Below the pieces are notes generated by a model. It had not been told where the DNA came from and ran no database searches. It saw only the letters and a program-made list of their open reading frames with translations. DNA of 63,769 nucleotides, filler included, from Globobulimina sp. (Eukaryota): the NCBI GenBank assembly GCA_003354225.1. It is 32 parts of 32 records of this genome, joined end to end, with 100 filler letters (N's around TTAATTAATTAA, not from the genome) between each part and the next. Parts side by side here need not be neighbours in the genome. Positions count along the whole stretch, not along the records: positions 1 to 1,897 come from PIVH01010793.1; positions 1,998 to 3,894 come from PIVH01010794.1; positions 3,995 to 5,891 come from PIVH01010795.1; positions 5,992 to 7,888 come from PIVH01010796.1; positions 7,989 to 9,885 come from PIVH01010797.1; positions 9,986 to 11,882 come from PIVH01010798.1; 26 more parts are not named here. The stretch is one strand, 5' to 3'. This document shows positions 1-11,268 of the stretch, one piece after another; the first letter of the stretch is position 1, and each line of letters starts with the position of its first letter. The position numbers were made by a program, and so were the translations under genes.

Positions 1-388
1 CATATAAATGGTGGTCGCTGTAGATAGATCCAGTGTATATATTTGTAATATATTCTAATAGCAGGCGCGTCATTGTATTGCCAGAACCGCCATATGAATA
101 TAAATACATTGGATATTGATGTTTGAAATTACCATCACTGCCACCATACATTCTTGTAATATTTGTTGTGTGTTCCATAAAATGAATTGAACCTTTATTT
201 ACTATTAGTTTGCATTGTTCATAGTTTAATGATGGTACACGTTTTGATGATAATATTTGTTCGATTTGCAATTCATATATGTTTTGTTCGGACAATGATG
301 TATATGGCATGATCGAAACTATGGAGAATAATATCACAAATATGCCGTTAAGTATAAAGCATTTCATTAAGATTGCATGACGAGCCAT
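1..388 (-). CDS. WSCD-family-like type II membrane sulfotransferase, 3'-partial (not in ORF track)
   Basis: Manual translation MARHAILMKCFILNGIFVILFSIVSIM... (N-terminal TM anchor) ...YLYSYGGSGNTMTRLLLEYITNIYTGSIYSD, matching the PAPS-binding segment S-x-P/G-G-S-G-N-T-x-x-R-x-L-x-E...TGS-x-Y-x-D of WSCD1/2-type sulfotransferases. Confidence 0.75.
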   Translation of the reverse strand, partial: MARHAILMKCFILNGIFVILFSIVSIMPYTSLSEQNIYELQIEQILSSKRVPSLNYEQCKLIVNKGSIHFMEHTTNITRMYGGSDGNFKHQYPMYLYSYGGSGNTMTRLLLEYITNIYTGSIYSDHHLY

Positions 389-774
389 TGCAGAGAGTAG
401 TTACTTTAAAAAAGTTTAAATAATCCACACTAGAAACTAAATTCTATAAATCTCGATATAACTCCGAGATATATTCTGGTGTATCTACACTATATAAACA
501 ATATGTGAGTCACAGTCAAACGTCTAAATGGTAATAAATATACTAAATACAATCTTGTTGGAACACTTTACATTCCATACAACAAACAACACACAATTAT
601 TGTCAGACAATACGATTAATTACATTCGGTGAAATAAATATTTACATTATTAACACATTGCAAAATTATCACAAGGGTCAGGATTCAACATTGACAGAGA
701 AATCTTGAAATTCTGAGCCTTGCGATGATTTTAAAATGCTGTCGGAAAATCAAATGAATACAATTCTGTCAATA

Positions 775-1605
775 TCAATCAATTTGAGTGAATCTAGAAT
801 GCATATCCAATGAATTACTATTTTCAGTCACATCATTATTCATATCATCATCATTAATATTTCTGTTATGATCGTTATTGTTATTAAACATAAAACATTC
901 ATCTTCATCCTCGCAAAATTCAACACAATTATCGTCGACACAAAACCCATCGTCGACATAACTATTTCCATTCAGCTTATTATATTTAATATTCTCTCCG
1001 CCATAAATCACGGATTGAAATTTCAATTTTTTACCAAAACCTTCCTTTTCCTGATTATTATTATTTGCATTTGTATAATATCCATCATTTAATCTCTGCT
1101 CATGTAACACCTTCGCGTCACTTAATTGTTTTTGATTAAATCTTCTTAATATCACAGCTGCGGACTTTTCATACATATCACATGACCGCACTGTATGTTT
1201 AACGCCATCGGCGGCAAATCCTTTCACTAACTTCAAGACACATCCTCTGGGCAATGGCACACTAAATATCCCATTCGAGGTCCCATATAAATCTGTACCA
1301 AACGCAATCCGTGCATCGCTAAACAAGCGTATCGTAATAATTGGTCTCTCAAATCGTCCTTCATCGTCATAATGCGGTCCAATCCCTTCACTTCCATCAT
1401 GATACATATTAAAGGCAATGCCCTGGATCCAATCTGCTTCGATTATGCCATATTTTACTAATCTCTCCTCACATAAAGTAAATAATTCGTGTGGTTTGCC
1501 ATCGACATCCACCCGTAAACCGGCGCCAATTGTTTTATCTTTTCCTTCTATTTTAAAATCAGACGGATGCCATAAATACCTCGCACCAAAAAAATGCTTG
1601 GTTCG
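775..1605 (-). CDS. ALKBH5: ALKBH5-like Fe(II)/2-oxoglutarate dioxygenase (putative RNA m6A demethylase), 5'-truncated
   Basis: RTKHFFGARY, NMYHDGSEGIGPHYD (HxD), FERPIITIRLFSDARIAFG, LPRGCVLKL, AADGVKHTVR, SAAVILRR follow the ALKBH5 motif order; the frame extends upstream of the ORF-track start to about 1605. Confidence 0.75.
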   Translation of the reverse strand, partial: RTKHFFGARYLWHPSDFKIEGKDKTIGAGLRVDVDGKPHELFTLCEERLVKYGIIEADWIQGIAFNMYHDGSEGIGPHYDDEGRFERPIITIRLFSDARIAFGTDLYGTSNGIFSVPLPRGCVLKLVKGFAADGVKHTVRSCDMYEKSAAVILRRFNQKQLSDAKVLHEQRLNDGYYTNANNNNQEKEGFGKKLKFQSVIYGGENIKYNKLNGNSYVDDGFCVDDNCVEFCEDEDECFMFNNNNDHNRNINDDDMNNDVTENSNSLDMHSRFTQID

Positions 1606-1897
1606 TTATAGGTGAAAGCTACACTTTTACAATTATGTTTTTGAGCAGCAGCTGCAATATCTTTTGGCATGGCGTTAGTTGCGAGGATATCCATTTCTGC
1701 AGCTTTACTAATTTGCCAGTTTTGGCAGAATTTACAAGCCAGATTACAGCCAGCAGTACCAAACGAGTAAACTGTAGTTCCAGGCAAAAACTGGTTTAGG
1801 GGTTTTTTTTCCACTGGGTCTATAGCAATACTGCTAGCTAAGCCGTAAGTTGTTAAAACAATTTCATTTTGTTCGCGCTTACGAACAAAACAGATGC
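1588..1897 (-). CDS. amrS: Bacterial AmmeMemoRadiSam system radical SAM enzyme, internal fragment
   Basis: ICFVRKREQNEIVLTTYG...IDPVEKKPLNQFLPGT...FGTAGCNLACKFCQNWQISK...SVAFTYNEPSIF; CxxxCxxC radical SAM motif with the DPIEKKPL-type signature. Confidence 0.85.
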
Positions 1898-1997
1898 NNN
1901 NNNNNNNNNNNNNNNNNNNNNNNNNNNNNNNNNNNNNNNNNTTAATTAATTAANNNNNNNNNNNNNNNNNNNNNNNNNNNNNNNNNNNNNNNNNNNN
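1898..1997. other. Artificial contig-joining linker (first of 31 identical linkers, about every 1997 bp)
   Basis: 44 N + TTAATTAATTAA + 44 N recurs 31 times; contigs between linkers are 1897, 1896, 1895 and 1894 bp in descending order. Confidence 0.99.
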
Positions 1998-2723
1998 ACA
2001 ATGACAACACCAATTTTGTTCAAAAGAAATAAATTTATGTTAATTTTTCAAGATTTTAGGCGCAAAGCAACAATAGTTTTGTTACAGTTAACTGAGAGTG
2101 ACACAGATAATAAACAACAAGAAACCATTGAAAAAACGAAGAAAAAACATCAGCAAAAAGTAGTGTTAGACCGTAATAAATCGTATATATGGATTGTCAA
2201 TGTCCATTTAGAGGGTGATCCATGTCGACCTGATACGCGATTCAATCAAATCAAAAAAATAATAAATAGAATAACACATAAAACAAAAGAATATAAATTG
2301 GATTTAAATACCAACGTTTATGCGATATTTACAGGCGATTTTAATGCAGGAAAAGGTGAAGTCGTTGATGGTTTGTTATTAAATGGAGTTTTAAAATGGG
2401 ATTATCGGGAAACCGGATATGACAATGTTGATATTGTAAAATCAAAAAATAAAACAGATTATAAACACCAATGGAAATTTAACAGTGCATACGATAACAT
2501 TATGGATAATGCAAAACGAAAAGAAATATTTACATTTTATGCAAGGGATTCATTTGCTTGTATCGATCATATTTATTACACATCGAATAATTTGAAATGT
2601 TTATCATGTGCACAAACTGTGCCTTTATGGTTATCTGCAAATAGAAAACTGCAATGTCCAAACGATCAGTTGGTGTCTGATCATCTGCCAATTGCCTCCA
2701 TGTTTAAGATGACTCACTGTTAA
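1998..2723 (+). CDS. Endonuclease/exonuclease/phosphatase (CCR4/Nocturnin/Angel-like), 5'-partial
   Basis: VNVHLEG, IFTGDFNA, CIDHIYY and PNDQLVSDHLPI catalytic motifs. Confidence 0.85.
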   Translation, partial: TMTTPILFKRNKFMLIFQDFRRKATIVLLQLTESDTDNKQQETIEKTKKKHQQKVVLDRNKSYIWIVNVHLEGDPCRPDTRFNQIKKIINRITHKTKEYKLDLNTNVYAIFTGDFNAGKGEVVDGLLLNGVLKWDYRETGYDNVDIVKSKNKTDYKHQWKFNSAYDNIMDNAKRKEIFTFYARDSFACIDHIYYTSNNLKCLSCAQTVPLWLSANRKLQCPNDQLVSDHLPIASMFKMTHC

Positions 2724-2881
2724 CATTTTTTTAATTGAATTATCAAACACATGAACAAAGACAAAAAAAAAAACAATTTTAGATAATTATGTACAAAGGT
2801 TATAAAATTTCAGATTGCGAACTAGTTTGCACCCAAATTCCGATTAGCATACAGATAATCAAAAAGAGGGTAATATTTTTT

Positions 2882-3789
2882 TTACGTTTCACTTGATTTA
2901 TATTGTAAATATGTTGGTAATTCAAAGTCGACCAATTCAACACCGTTACTTCCAACAATACAATACGTATCAATGGAGTTATAATACAACACAATATCCA
3001 TAGTACCAAATTTCCCTTCAGCCACAAACCTTGGATCACAATGACAAGGTTCAAATACATGTACCACCTCAGCAGTTTCTTGCATATTTTCAAAATAGTG
3101 ACTACTATATTCTATGCAATCAGAATCAGAATCAGCTGCTGCAGCACGTTTGACATACCATAAACGGCGATATATATGTTCTGAGGGCATTAATGCAGCA
3201 TAAATAAAATGCACATCGCCATAATTTACACATTTCGCATAAATCACACACAAATATTGAGCTATGGTATTAATTATATTTGGGATCAAAACTGAATTTA
3301 ATTCATCGAATGTTGCTAATAATTTATTATACTCGTTTTGTTGCGCAATTTTCAAAAGTAAATGGAATACACAATAAGATTTAGTAAATATTGCATCATT
3401 GATATTATTTTTAATATTTAACGAAACTAAACATTTATGATATAATTGCAATGAGAAAGCAATTGCGTTTGAAAACATTTCTTGATATAAATACTGCTCA
3501 CTTTTTGTATCAAAATTGGCATCAAAAAATCTAATTTTATTTTCATATAATTTTAGCTTTAACTCATAAAAACCATCTTTTATTAATAAATCTAATTTCT
3601 CTTTATTTGATTTTAAATCAATCTCAATATTTCTTTGTTTAATTCTTCTTTCAATGCTTAATCAATTGTAGGGTCAAAATCATGCTCTGACAGGATTTCA
3701 ACAACCGGTGACGCTGCTGAATATAAGAAATTGATTTTTTGTTTTATGTTGTCCATATTTGGTGTTGTCACTGACTCACTGTCGTGCAT
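2882..3789 (-). CDS. Hypothetical protein, apparent one-base frameshift near 3660
   Basis: Upstream frame MHDSESVTT...HDFDPTID abuts the frame SIERRIKQRN...MFSNAIAF of the 198-aa ORF; adding one T would join them. Confidence 0.4.
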
Positions 3790-4115
3790 ATTTTGTTGTT
3801 TTGTGAATATTTTTTGTTTTGTGCATATTTGCTTTTGTGCATATTTTTGGTTTTGGTTTGTGTTTATATGGTTTGGGTTTTATATGGTTTGGGTNNNNNN
3901 NNNNNNNNNNNNNNNNNNNNNNNNNNNNNNNNNNNNNNTTAATTAATTAANNNNNNNNNNNNNNNNNNNNNNNNNNNNNNNNNNNNNNNNNNNNGGGGAG
4001 GAGTGGGATGAGTACTTTTAATTAATCCACGCTCCCAGCATGCAATTGACTAAGTGCTTTTTGAGTATTTAAGTATTAGTACTTAGAAAAAAGTTAGTTA
4101 GCAGGAGTCAATTAC

Positions 4116-4621
4116 ACTCCAGCTAACTAACTATTTTCTAAGAGCCATAACTTAAAACTTCAGTTTAATGTCTCCTACACTTTAGATTGCCAACTTTAAA
4201 TCTGTTTTCCTTTAATGAATTTAACCCAATTTAGTGTTTTATTCATATGAAATCGATTTAAAGTGTTGTGTACTGTATACAGTATTTTCTGTTGTATGTG
4301 TTTGTGTACTGTATACAGTATTTTCTCAGATAAATTAAAAGCATTAAAAAAGAAATAAAAATTTGCAAAAAACAAAGAGTTATGTATTTCATGGAATGGA
4401 TTATATAATAATTTCTTATGCTTCTTATGGATTTTTATGAGTACAATAATTTTATGCAAGATGTATTTTTCAAATGAATTAGAAATTGCATATAGATGAC
4501 TAGTGACTAGAGAGGAGAGAAAGGAGTACTTTTAATCAATCCACGCTCTAGCATGCAATGCACTCAGTGTTCTTCGAAGTTTTTAGTATTAGGTCTTAGA
4601 AAATAGTTAGTTAGCTGGAGT
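4116..4621. mobile_element. MITE-like element with ~45-bp terminal inverted repeats, preceded by the right end of a second copy (3995-4108)
   Basis: ACTCCAGCTAACTAACTATTTTCTAAG (4116-4142) is the exact reverse complement of 4595-4621; 3995-4112 is a diverged direct copy of 4510-4625; non-coding AT-rich interior. Confidence 0.7.
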
Positions 4622-4687
4622 CAATTTATTTTTAAGGGCTGTAATTAATACTACCATTTTACGATTGTGCGGAAAAGCATTGTCTCT

Positions 4688-5891
4688 ATGTCTGATTATT
4701 TTGCTCCTTATTTGGCTGTGTGTGCTATTATAACTACGTTGGCTGTATCCATTGCCATCTATGGTATTATTTGTATGGCTAAAGAAGCCATGGCATACAA
4801 AGATTCATCTTTAAAATCCAATTATACGTATTATTATCGTTTATCAATATTAGCGTTCATCACAAATGCAATATTCAGCGTTGTTGTACTTAGTCAATTT
4901 GTATGGTTATATTATTCCCGTGATCTTAGAGATTATGACAATTTCCCATTGCTGTGTCTTCATATGTTTCTTTGGCATGTCAGCAAAATATTAATTTTAT
5001 GGTTGTGTAATGCTCGTTTATTTTATACATTTAATGGAATGAGTGCAAATATGCAAATATCGTTTAATTTTTACATCACAATGAATGTACTATCAGCTGT
5101 CTCGATGTTGCTGTTGTGTTCAATCAGCGTCTATGGATATGCTGCTACTACATCACCCTATTTGCGCCGTGTTGGAATGGATGGATCGAGAGTTGTATTT
5201 ACAGTGCTTATGATATGTATTCTTGTATTATTCAATAAAAGATTATATTTGAGGACAAATGAACGGAAAACAGTCCGCATGCATCATATGATCAATTTAG
5301 ATGCTATGTTACAGGCTGAAATCAGTGAAAATAAATCGAAAACACCAATATCAATAACTGACGATGATAATGTTTTTTTTCGTAGTATCACTGGAAGAGA
5401 TTATAATACTTTTAAAATGGACTCCAATATGGATGATATCTATATTTTATTGGATGTTATCACCAGATATAGCATACTTGTCACAATGTGGTGCATTACA
5501 ATGGTTACATTGATCATTTTTTGGGATATAATATTTGTTATGGAAATGAAGGGTATGTGTACGAGTTAGTGTGCTTTTGTTGTGTTGTTATATATGTACT
5601 GGAAATCTATACGTTTTTTTACTTTCTATATACATTTTTCTAGTAATTAAACAAAGTACAATTGAATAAAAGGAGTATATGCCGGATTTTGTTATTGGGC
5701 ATGGACAGCTGTAGTGGATTCATTTTGTATTTTATGTTTATATGAACCGAATACTGAGCGTATTGATTGTTATAAAGTATGGTTCAAATGTAACGATTAT
5801 CCAAAATGTAAAGGTTTATCAATTCATTATTTGTTGGATAAAATATGTGTTAATTGTGCAAAGAAATATGGTGTAAAAAATAAAAAAGCAG
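4688..5891 (+). CDS. Multi-pass (7TM-like) membrane protein, one intron after about 5552, 3'-partial
   Basis: About six hydrophobic segments in the 300-aa ORF plus a further hydrophobic exon (GVYAGFCYWAWTAVVDSFCILCLY) after a GTATGT...AG intron. Confidence 0.55.
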
Positions 5892-6121
5892 NNNNNNNNN
5901 NNNNNNNNNNNNNNNNNNNNNNNNNNNNNNNNNNNTTAATTAATTAANNNNNNNNNNNNNNNNNNNNNNNNNNNNNNNNNNNNNNNNNNNNCTAGCCTTA
6001 TATTAGCATGTCATACAAATCCTAATTGCTAGTTCCTGTACTACCTTAAGTCTGATCTGTAAATTGCTGTTTTTCTTATACTTATATAGTATTGTTATTA
6101 TAATAATTATGCACAAGATTG

Positions 6122-7672
6122 TCATTTAGTATGGTTTATTAATGCTTGTAATCGATAACCCCATGATTTAGGCAATGGATGTGCTTCTGTATTAAATACA
6201 TAGTCCTGAAAAGGCAATGGATTATTTGCCTCATTCCTCATAAATGTAAGATAAAGATACTTCAAACACTCTGCGAACCAATATGAAGGTTGAGAATTTG
6301 ATCTTGCTTTCTGTGCAACATTGGTTAATCCACTATAACCCACACAATTTGTGCCCGTTTCATTATATATCCCATCGCATTTACAATATGTCATCAAATC
6401 CTGTAAATACTGCAATGCGCGGTCATAATATAAACTGTCGTTGGTCACCATATACAAATAATAATTACTTTCAAAATTCTCCGGATTCAAATTATACGAA
6501 TTCACCAAATTCTCATTACTGTTGAAATCAAAAACATACGGCTCGATATGCGATATATTCCACATATACCAATTTGCCTCTTGGTTCAATTTGGCTAATT
6601 GCAAATTATATTTATTATTTGCATCCGTTGGGTCCACAGTGCTCGACAATGATAACACGCCGGAATAGAATGCAGAATATAAATCATACAGACTCCAGTC
6701 ATATGCATCGGTACCATCGTACATATCAATTCTCTTAAACCATAACAATGCTTCACCTGTATTTGGATTCTTGTTATAATAACTCATCCGGTCAATAATT
6801 GACGAATTGATGCCACCCAACCACCAATTTTTGCATTCCGTGAGCTTCAATAAAGCCCAACATTTGACAATATATTCATAATATGAATCAATGCCGGAGT
6901 CAATATATGATTCTGTAGAGAGCCATAAATCTCTGGAATGGATATCTGACGTTACGTTGATGAAAATAGCATTGCCAACCAAGCCTAAAGTTTGACTTTT
7001 TGCTTGATATAAAATGCGCATTGCATTCATTGAAGCATTCCAATACTTTAAATCCATGGATAATACACTCATTATGCCATATTCCAAGGTATGTGTCCCC
7101 GCAACAGCTGGACTGGTGACAGCTTGACTTGCGTCCACTTTGCCGGTTAGTAAGTTAATATATGTCCATGGTAGACCAGATAACGATGGTGTCACCTCTG
7201 AAAATATTGGATATATAGCATCAGAGACTTGCACTGCTAACTCATAGAGACATGAATCGTTTATTAAATGATAGGCTGATAATAAGCCGCCAAGTGATCG
7301 TAGAAAGTAATCGAATACAAATACAGTTTGGTCAGTTTTAAATGTAAATTTTGGATGACCCTCAAAGGGAGTGGAACATAGTAATTTTAATGTTTCCTGC
7401 ACCTCATTATCGAGACCCATTAATTTCATCGTGTCGAGGCTATCAATGGGCGTCCACATTAATGAGAATTGGTTATAATTATGACAGCCTTTGGTCTGTG
7501 GGTATAACGCGTCGCAGCCCCATGCGTATTGTTTATAGGCATTCCATCCGTGGAGAAATTGTTGGGTGGTTAGATTGGCGGCTTGTGCGGGAGTTAATGA
7601 ACGGAGATAATCCAATGATAAACTTTCAATGTTTGTTATGGTGATAGAAAGAATAAGCAACACAATGAACAC
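6122..7672 (-). CDS. Glycoside hydrolase family 47 (class I alpha-1,2-mannosidase/EDEM-like), secreted
   Basis: Signal peptide; HGWNAYKQYAWG, IDSLDTM, LRSLGGLLSAY, GTHTLEYG, DSYYEY, PENFES, AECLKYLYL, FNTEAHP. Confidence 0.92.
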   Translation of the reverse strand: MFIVLLILSITITNIESLSLDYLRSLTPAQAANLTTQQFLHGWNAYKQYAWGCDALYPQTKGCHNYNQFSLMWTPIDSLDTMKLMGLDNEVQETLKLLCSTPFEGHPKFTFKTDQTVFVFDYFLRSLGGLLSAYHLINDSCLYELAVQVSDAIYPIFSEVTPSLSGLPWTYINLLTGKVDASQAVTSPAVAGTHTLEYGIMSVLSMDLKYWNASMNAMRILYQAKSQTLGLVGNAIFINVTSDIHSRDLWLSTESYIDSGIDSYYEYIVKCWALLKLTECKNWWLGGINSSIIDRMSYYNKNPNTGEALLWFKRIDMYDGTDAYDWSLYDLYSAFYSGVLSLSSTVDPTDANNKYNLQLAKLNQEANWYMWNISHIEPYVFDFNSNENLVNSYNLNPENFESNYYLYMVTNDSLYYDRALQYLQDLMTYCKCDGIYNETGTNCVGYSGLTNVAQKARSNSQPSYWFAECLKYLYLTFMRNEANNPLPFQDYVFNTEAHPLPKSWGYRLQALINHTK

Positions 7673-8566
7673 ATGAAGAAAACAAAAGCACTATACTAAG
7701 TGCGAAAGATGACATCAAATAAAGATTTTTTTTCATAACTCAAGTTAATTTTAGTTTGTCATTAATCAATTTTAGCTTTTAATTTATTGATACTTACGAT
7801 ACTTGGAAAGTTAAAATTATTAAATGTTTCATTAAAATTATGATTAAAAAAGCTTTTTTTTAATTAATGCTTTAACTATTATTGGCAGNNNNNNNNNNNN
7901 NNNNNNNNNNNNNNNNNNNNNNNNNNNNNNNNTTAATTAATTAANNNNNNNNNNNNNNNNNNNNNNNNNNNNNNNNNNNNNNNNNNNNTTTCTATTTTAC
8001 AGCACGTACAAAAAGTGTTATTCGTTTCTATTTTACTACAACTAGGCGGTTTGTAAGCTTAGGTTTGTTGTAAATAAAACAGTTTTACTGGCGTTTTTTT
8101 TGGTAAAACAATAAAAAGGAAGTCCAGAAAATTGGTGGCAAGAACGCAAACTTATAACTCCTTATAAATTTGTGTTCTAAACATATATGCAAAAGTAATT
8201 AAAAAACACACACATTTCAGGCAAATGTCTATATTTAAATCCTTTAAATTTCGTGTTTCATTCAGTTTCAAGAAGATATCTAAGACCCCATCCAAATATG
8301 CCATTCATATCCATTACCTGCTATTCATTGAATTTCAGATGTCTGCACCAAATGTCAAACGGTTTAAATATTATTATGTTGCAATCATGTTTGAATCAAC
8401 AATTATTAGCCGTTGATAATAAAGCAAACATAACCTCTCTTCCCACAACGTTTGCTTTTTATAATTATATGTTCGGATTTTTGAAACAAAAACGATTTTT
8501 GTTATTTGCAATTGTTGACCAATCAAATTTATCATATTTAATCCATCAAATCATCGGATATTTCTT

Positions 8567-9841
8567 TTGTTGATATCCGCAGTATTTATTCTATGCACCA
8601 AACATAGCTGGAAAGAAGATATTGGAAGCATTAAAAATTATAATTTTGAAAACAAATCTGAGGCAATAAAGATAGCAAAGATTGAAAAGAAAGAAGAGCC
8701 GATATTCGGTATTTTGAGTAAGTACAGAAATATTAATGAATGTTCGGTGTATGATTTGAAGCAAATTATTATGTGTTGTGTGGAAGCAATAAATAGAGAA
8801 AATTTAATAATTGATGATTATAAGGAAATATTCACTGCGTTGGACAATAAAAATAACGCACCAAAAATTGTAGAAAAATTGCAAGAATGTGATCATAATT
8901 TATTTGTGCAAGTTTGTGAGCAATGTATTGATATTTACATTAATAAACTTATTGAAAATGGAAAATTTAAGAATACAGATAATTCGTTGGGATGTGATGC
9001 GATTAAAATGAAAGTATTAAATTATATAAAATCGTCAAATATTTCTGGCAGTAATTTTCTTGATAAATTTGCAAAAGGATCCAGATTTGCAAAGCATTTA
9101 TTTGATGTTTGTTGTTTTAATGCGAAGAAACAAAAAGGCATAAAATCGGATTTAATGAGGGTTTATGCGGAGATTATTAATTTTGATTATAAATCCTTAT
9201 CAAATGCTGTTGAAAGTGAAATAAAAAAAGAAGACATGAAGGAAATGGATGGAAAAGCATTTGTAAATAATTTCAAATCAAAACAAGAGTTTGCGGAATA
9301 TATAAATTCAAATACATCCATTAAAAACACAAATGCGTTGTTGTATTTGTATGATTTTGTAAGTGATGGCTTTTTTAAATGGAATGGTAATTGCAATGAG
9401 AATAATAATTATTTTATGAATTTGTTATATTTATTTGCCAGTAAAAAATATGGAATTAAAATATTTTTAAATGCGAGAAATAATAAAAATTATTGTTCAG
9501 CCGATGAAAAATTAAAACAATTGAATGGGAAAACATTTATAAATGATACACAATTTACGCATGATATGTTTTGTAATTTATTGATGAAATCTAAAATATT
9601 TGATGTTACAAATGGAAATAAGGAAATTGCACTCAATATTTATGATGATTTGATGCAATTTAATTTGAATTTGAAAGGTATTACAAAAATCAAGCGATGC
9701 AATCATAATGAACTGATTTTTAGAATGAGAAAATATATTTTACCGCAATTTAATAAACATAAATCACAGAAATATTCATTAAATAAAAATATAACTATTC
9801 AAATATTGGTTGTTGTTTTTTTATATTATATGATCCATTAA
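8567..9841 (+). CDS. Hypothetical protein (lineage-specific, Asn/Lys-rich)
   Basis: 424-codon open frame in very AT-rich DNA; no recognisable motif. Confidence 0.5.
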   Translation: MLISAVFILCTKHSWKEDIGSIKNYNFENKSEAIKIAKIEKKEEPIFGILSKYRNINECSVYDLKQIIMCCVEAINRENLIIDDYKEIFTALDNKNNAPKIVEKLQECDHNLFVQVCEQCIDIYINKLIENGKFKNTDNSLGCDAIKMKVLNYIKSSNISGSNFLDKFAKGSRFAKHLFDVCCFNAKKQKGIKSDLMRVYAEIINFDYKSLSNAVESEIKKEDMKEMDGKAFVNNFKSKQEFAEYINSNTSIKNTNALLYLYDFVSDGFFKWNGNCNENNNYFMNLLYLFASKKYGIKIFLNARNNKNYCSADEKLKQLNGKTFINDTQFTHDMFCNLLMKSKIFDVTNGNKEIALNIYDDLMQFNLNLKGITKIKRCNHNELIFRMRKYILPQFNKHKSQKYSLNKNITIQILVVVFLYYMIH

Positions 9842-9985
9842 ATGGACATTTTGTCTTGAACTTTGATATAAATGTAGTTAATGAANNNNNNNNNNNNNNN
9901 NNNNNNNNNNNNNNNNNNNNNNNNNNNNNTTAATTAATTAANNNNNNNNNNNNNNNNNNNNNNNNNNNNNNNNNNNNNNNNNNNN

Positions 9986-11268
9986 AATTTATAATATTCG
10001 ACGTTTCAATGCGAATTTTAAACTGTTCTCTCTGAACATCTTTTGTTTCCTCTAATCCCTTTTCAATATCTTTCAACAATGCCACAATACAATGGCGGTC
10101 TGTATGATGCAGCTCAATATATTCCAAAGACAGACAATCCGTTACAACTTTACTCAAATTGCCAGAACAACATAAACATTGCAACGATATCTGTTTCAAA
10201 TTATTTGCTGTTTGCAAAATACTGCTCACTGTCGACACTCCCACATTCTTCAAACTTAATTCTTGCAAATTATCAAAATTTATGCCAGTAACATCCAAGT
10301 CGATGCCAGAGAGGTGAGATATGCTCAAATATTCTAATTGTTGTCCAATCACAGCCAATAACTCATTGTAACTCAAACAATTCTCATCTGAGTTGGAATC
10401 TATATACAAATTAAAATGTGATAAATGAAAACGTAGACAATGCAAACCTACCAAACATGTACAAACCAGGTTGAATATGCAATCCTTTCAACTGAGGCAA
10501 CGCTTCTTGCACCACTGTGAGATCCACATCTGATAAACCTAATAATTGAATATAATGCAAATTCTCAAAGTTGAGCAACATATGATACAAATCATCACTC
10601 TCTAACTCCAATTGAGATGTCCACCATTTGAGACACAATTCCTTCACATTATAACAATTCTGACGTTCAAAATGAAGACACAATGCGTAGATACTTGAAA
10701 CATCAGCATTCCCTGAACCAGCATCCAATGTAATACTTTCAAATTGGTTCATAAATCTGGTTGACGTGATTTGAGGCAGTCTATGGCCATGTTGTGCGAT
10801 ATCTAAATGCAATGACTTGACTGCCGGATATAAAGAATAATCAAATGGATGATAATTGTCTTGGCTTTCGTACTCAAAATATATTTCTTGCAAAGAATTC
10901 GGTGAATGACATCCGATATAGGTGTTGCGATTAAGTTTGCATACATTGATATAACTTCGTTGACTTAAATAACAGGCGATGTTCGATATTAATGCTCTCG
11001 GGATTTCATTCCATGAGATGACAAACTGTGGAATCTGTAGATTAGTGCTGCTTTCTAATTTTAGTTGTCGCGAATTGATAATCTCTGACATTTGTACATT
11101 GGTACTCTTCGCAAACGATGTATCGGTTTGCAAGTTGAAATAATGAAACATCGCCGATATTATTGAGTCTGGTGAATCAGTGATTAGTTTCAATAAAAAT
11201 GAATATCTTTCGTTCGACGTTAGTTTGTTTAATAACAACCTAAATCTGACTGCTTCTGTAAGTGACAT
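9986..11268 (-). CDS. F-box-like/leucine-rich-repeat protein, intron 10400-10451, 3'-partial
   Basis: WNEIPRALISNIACYL F-box-like helix followed by LxxLxL repeats; the GTAGGT...TATAG intron joins the two ORF-track frames (YMF|DSN). Confidence 0.6.

Noticed and set aside
1548-1897. Horizontal transfer of amrS into the host
   Set aside because: Gene is truncated at a microhomology that also truncates the host gene; a chimera is more parsimonious
3845-3894. Telomere-like GGTTTGGGTT repeats at a contig end
   Set aside because: Only two imperfect copies in G/T-rich low-complexity upstream DNA
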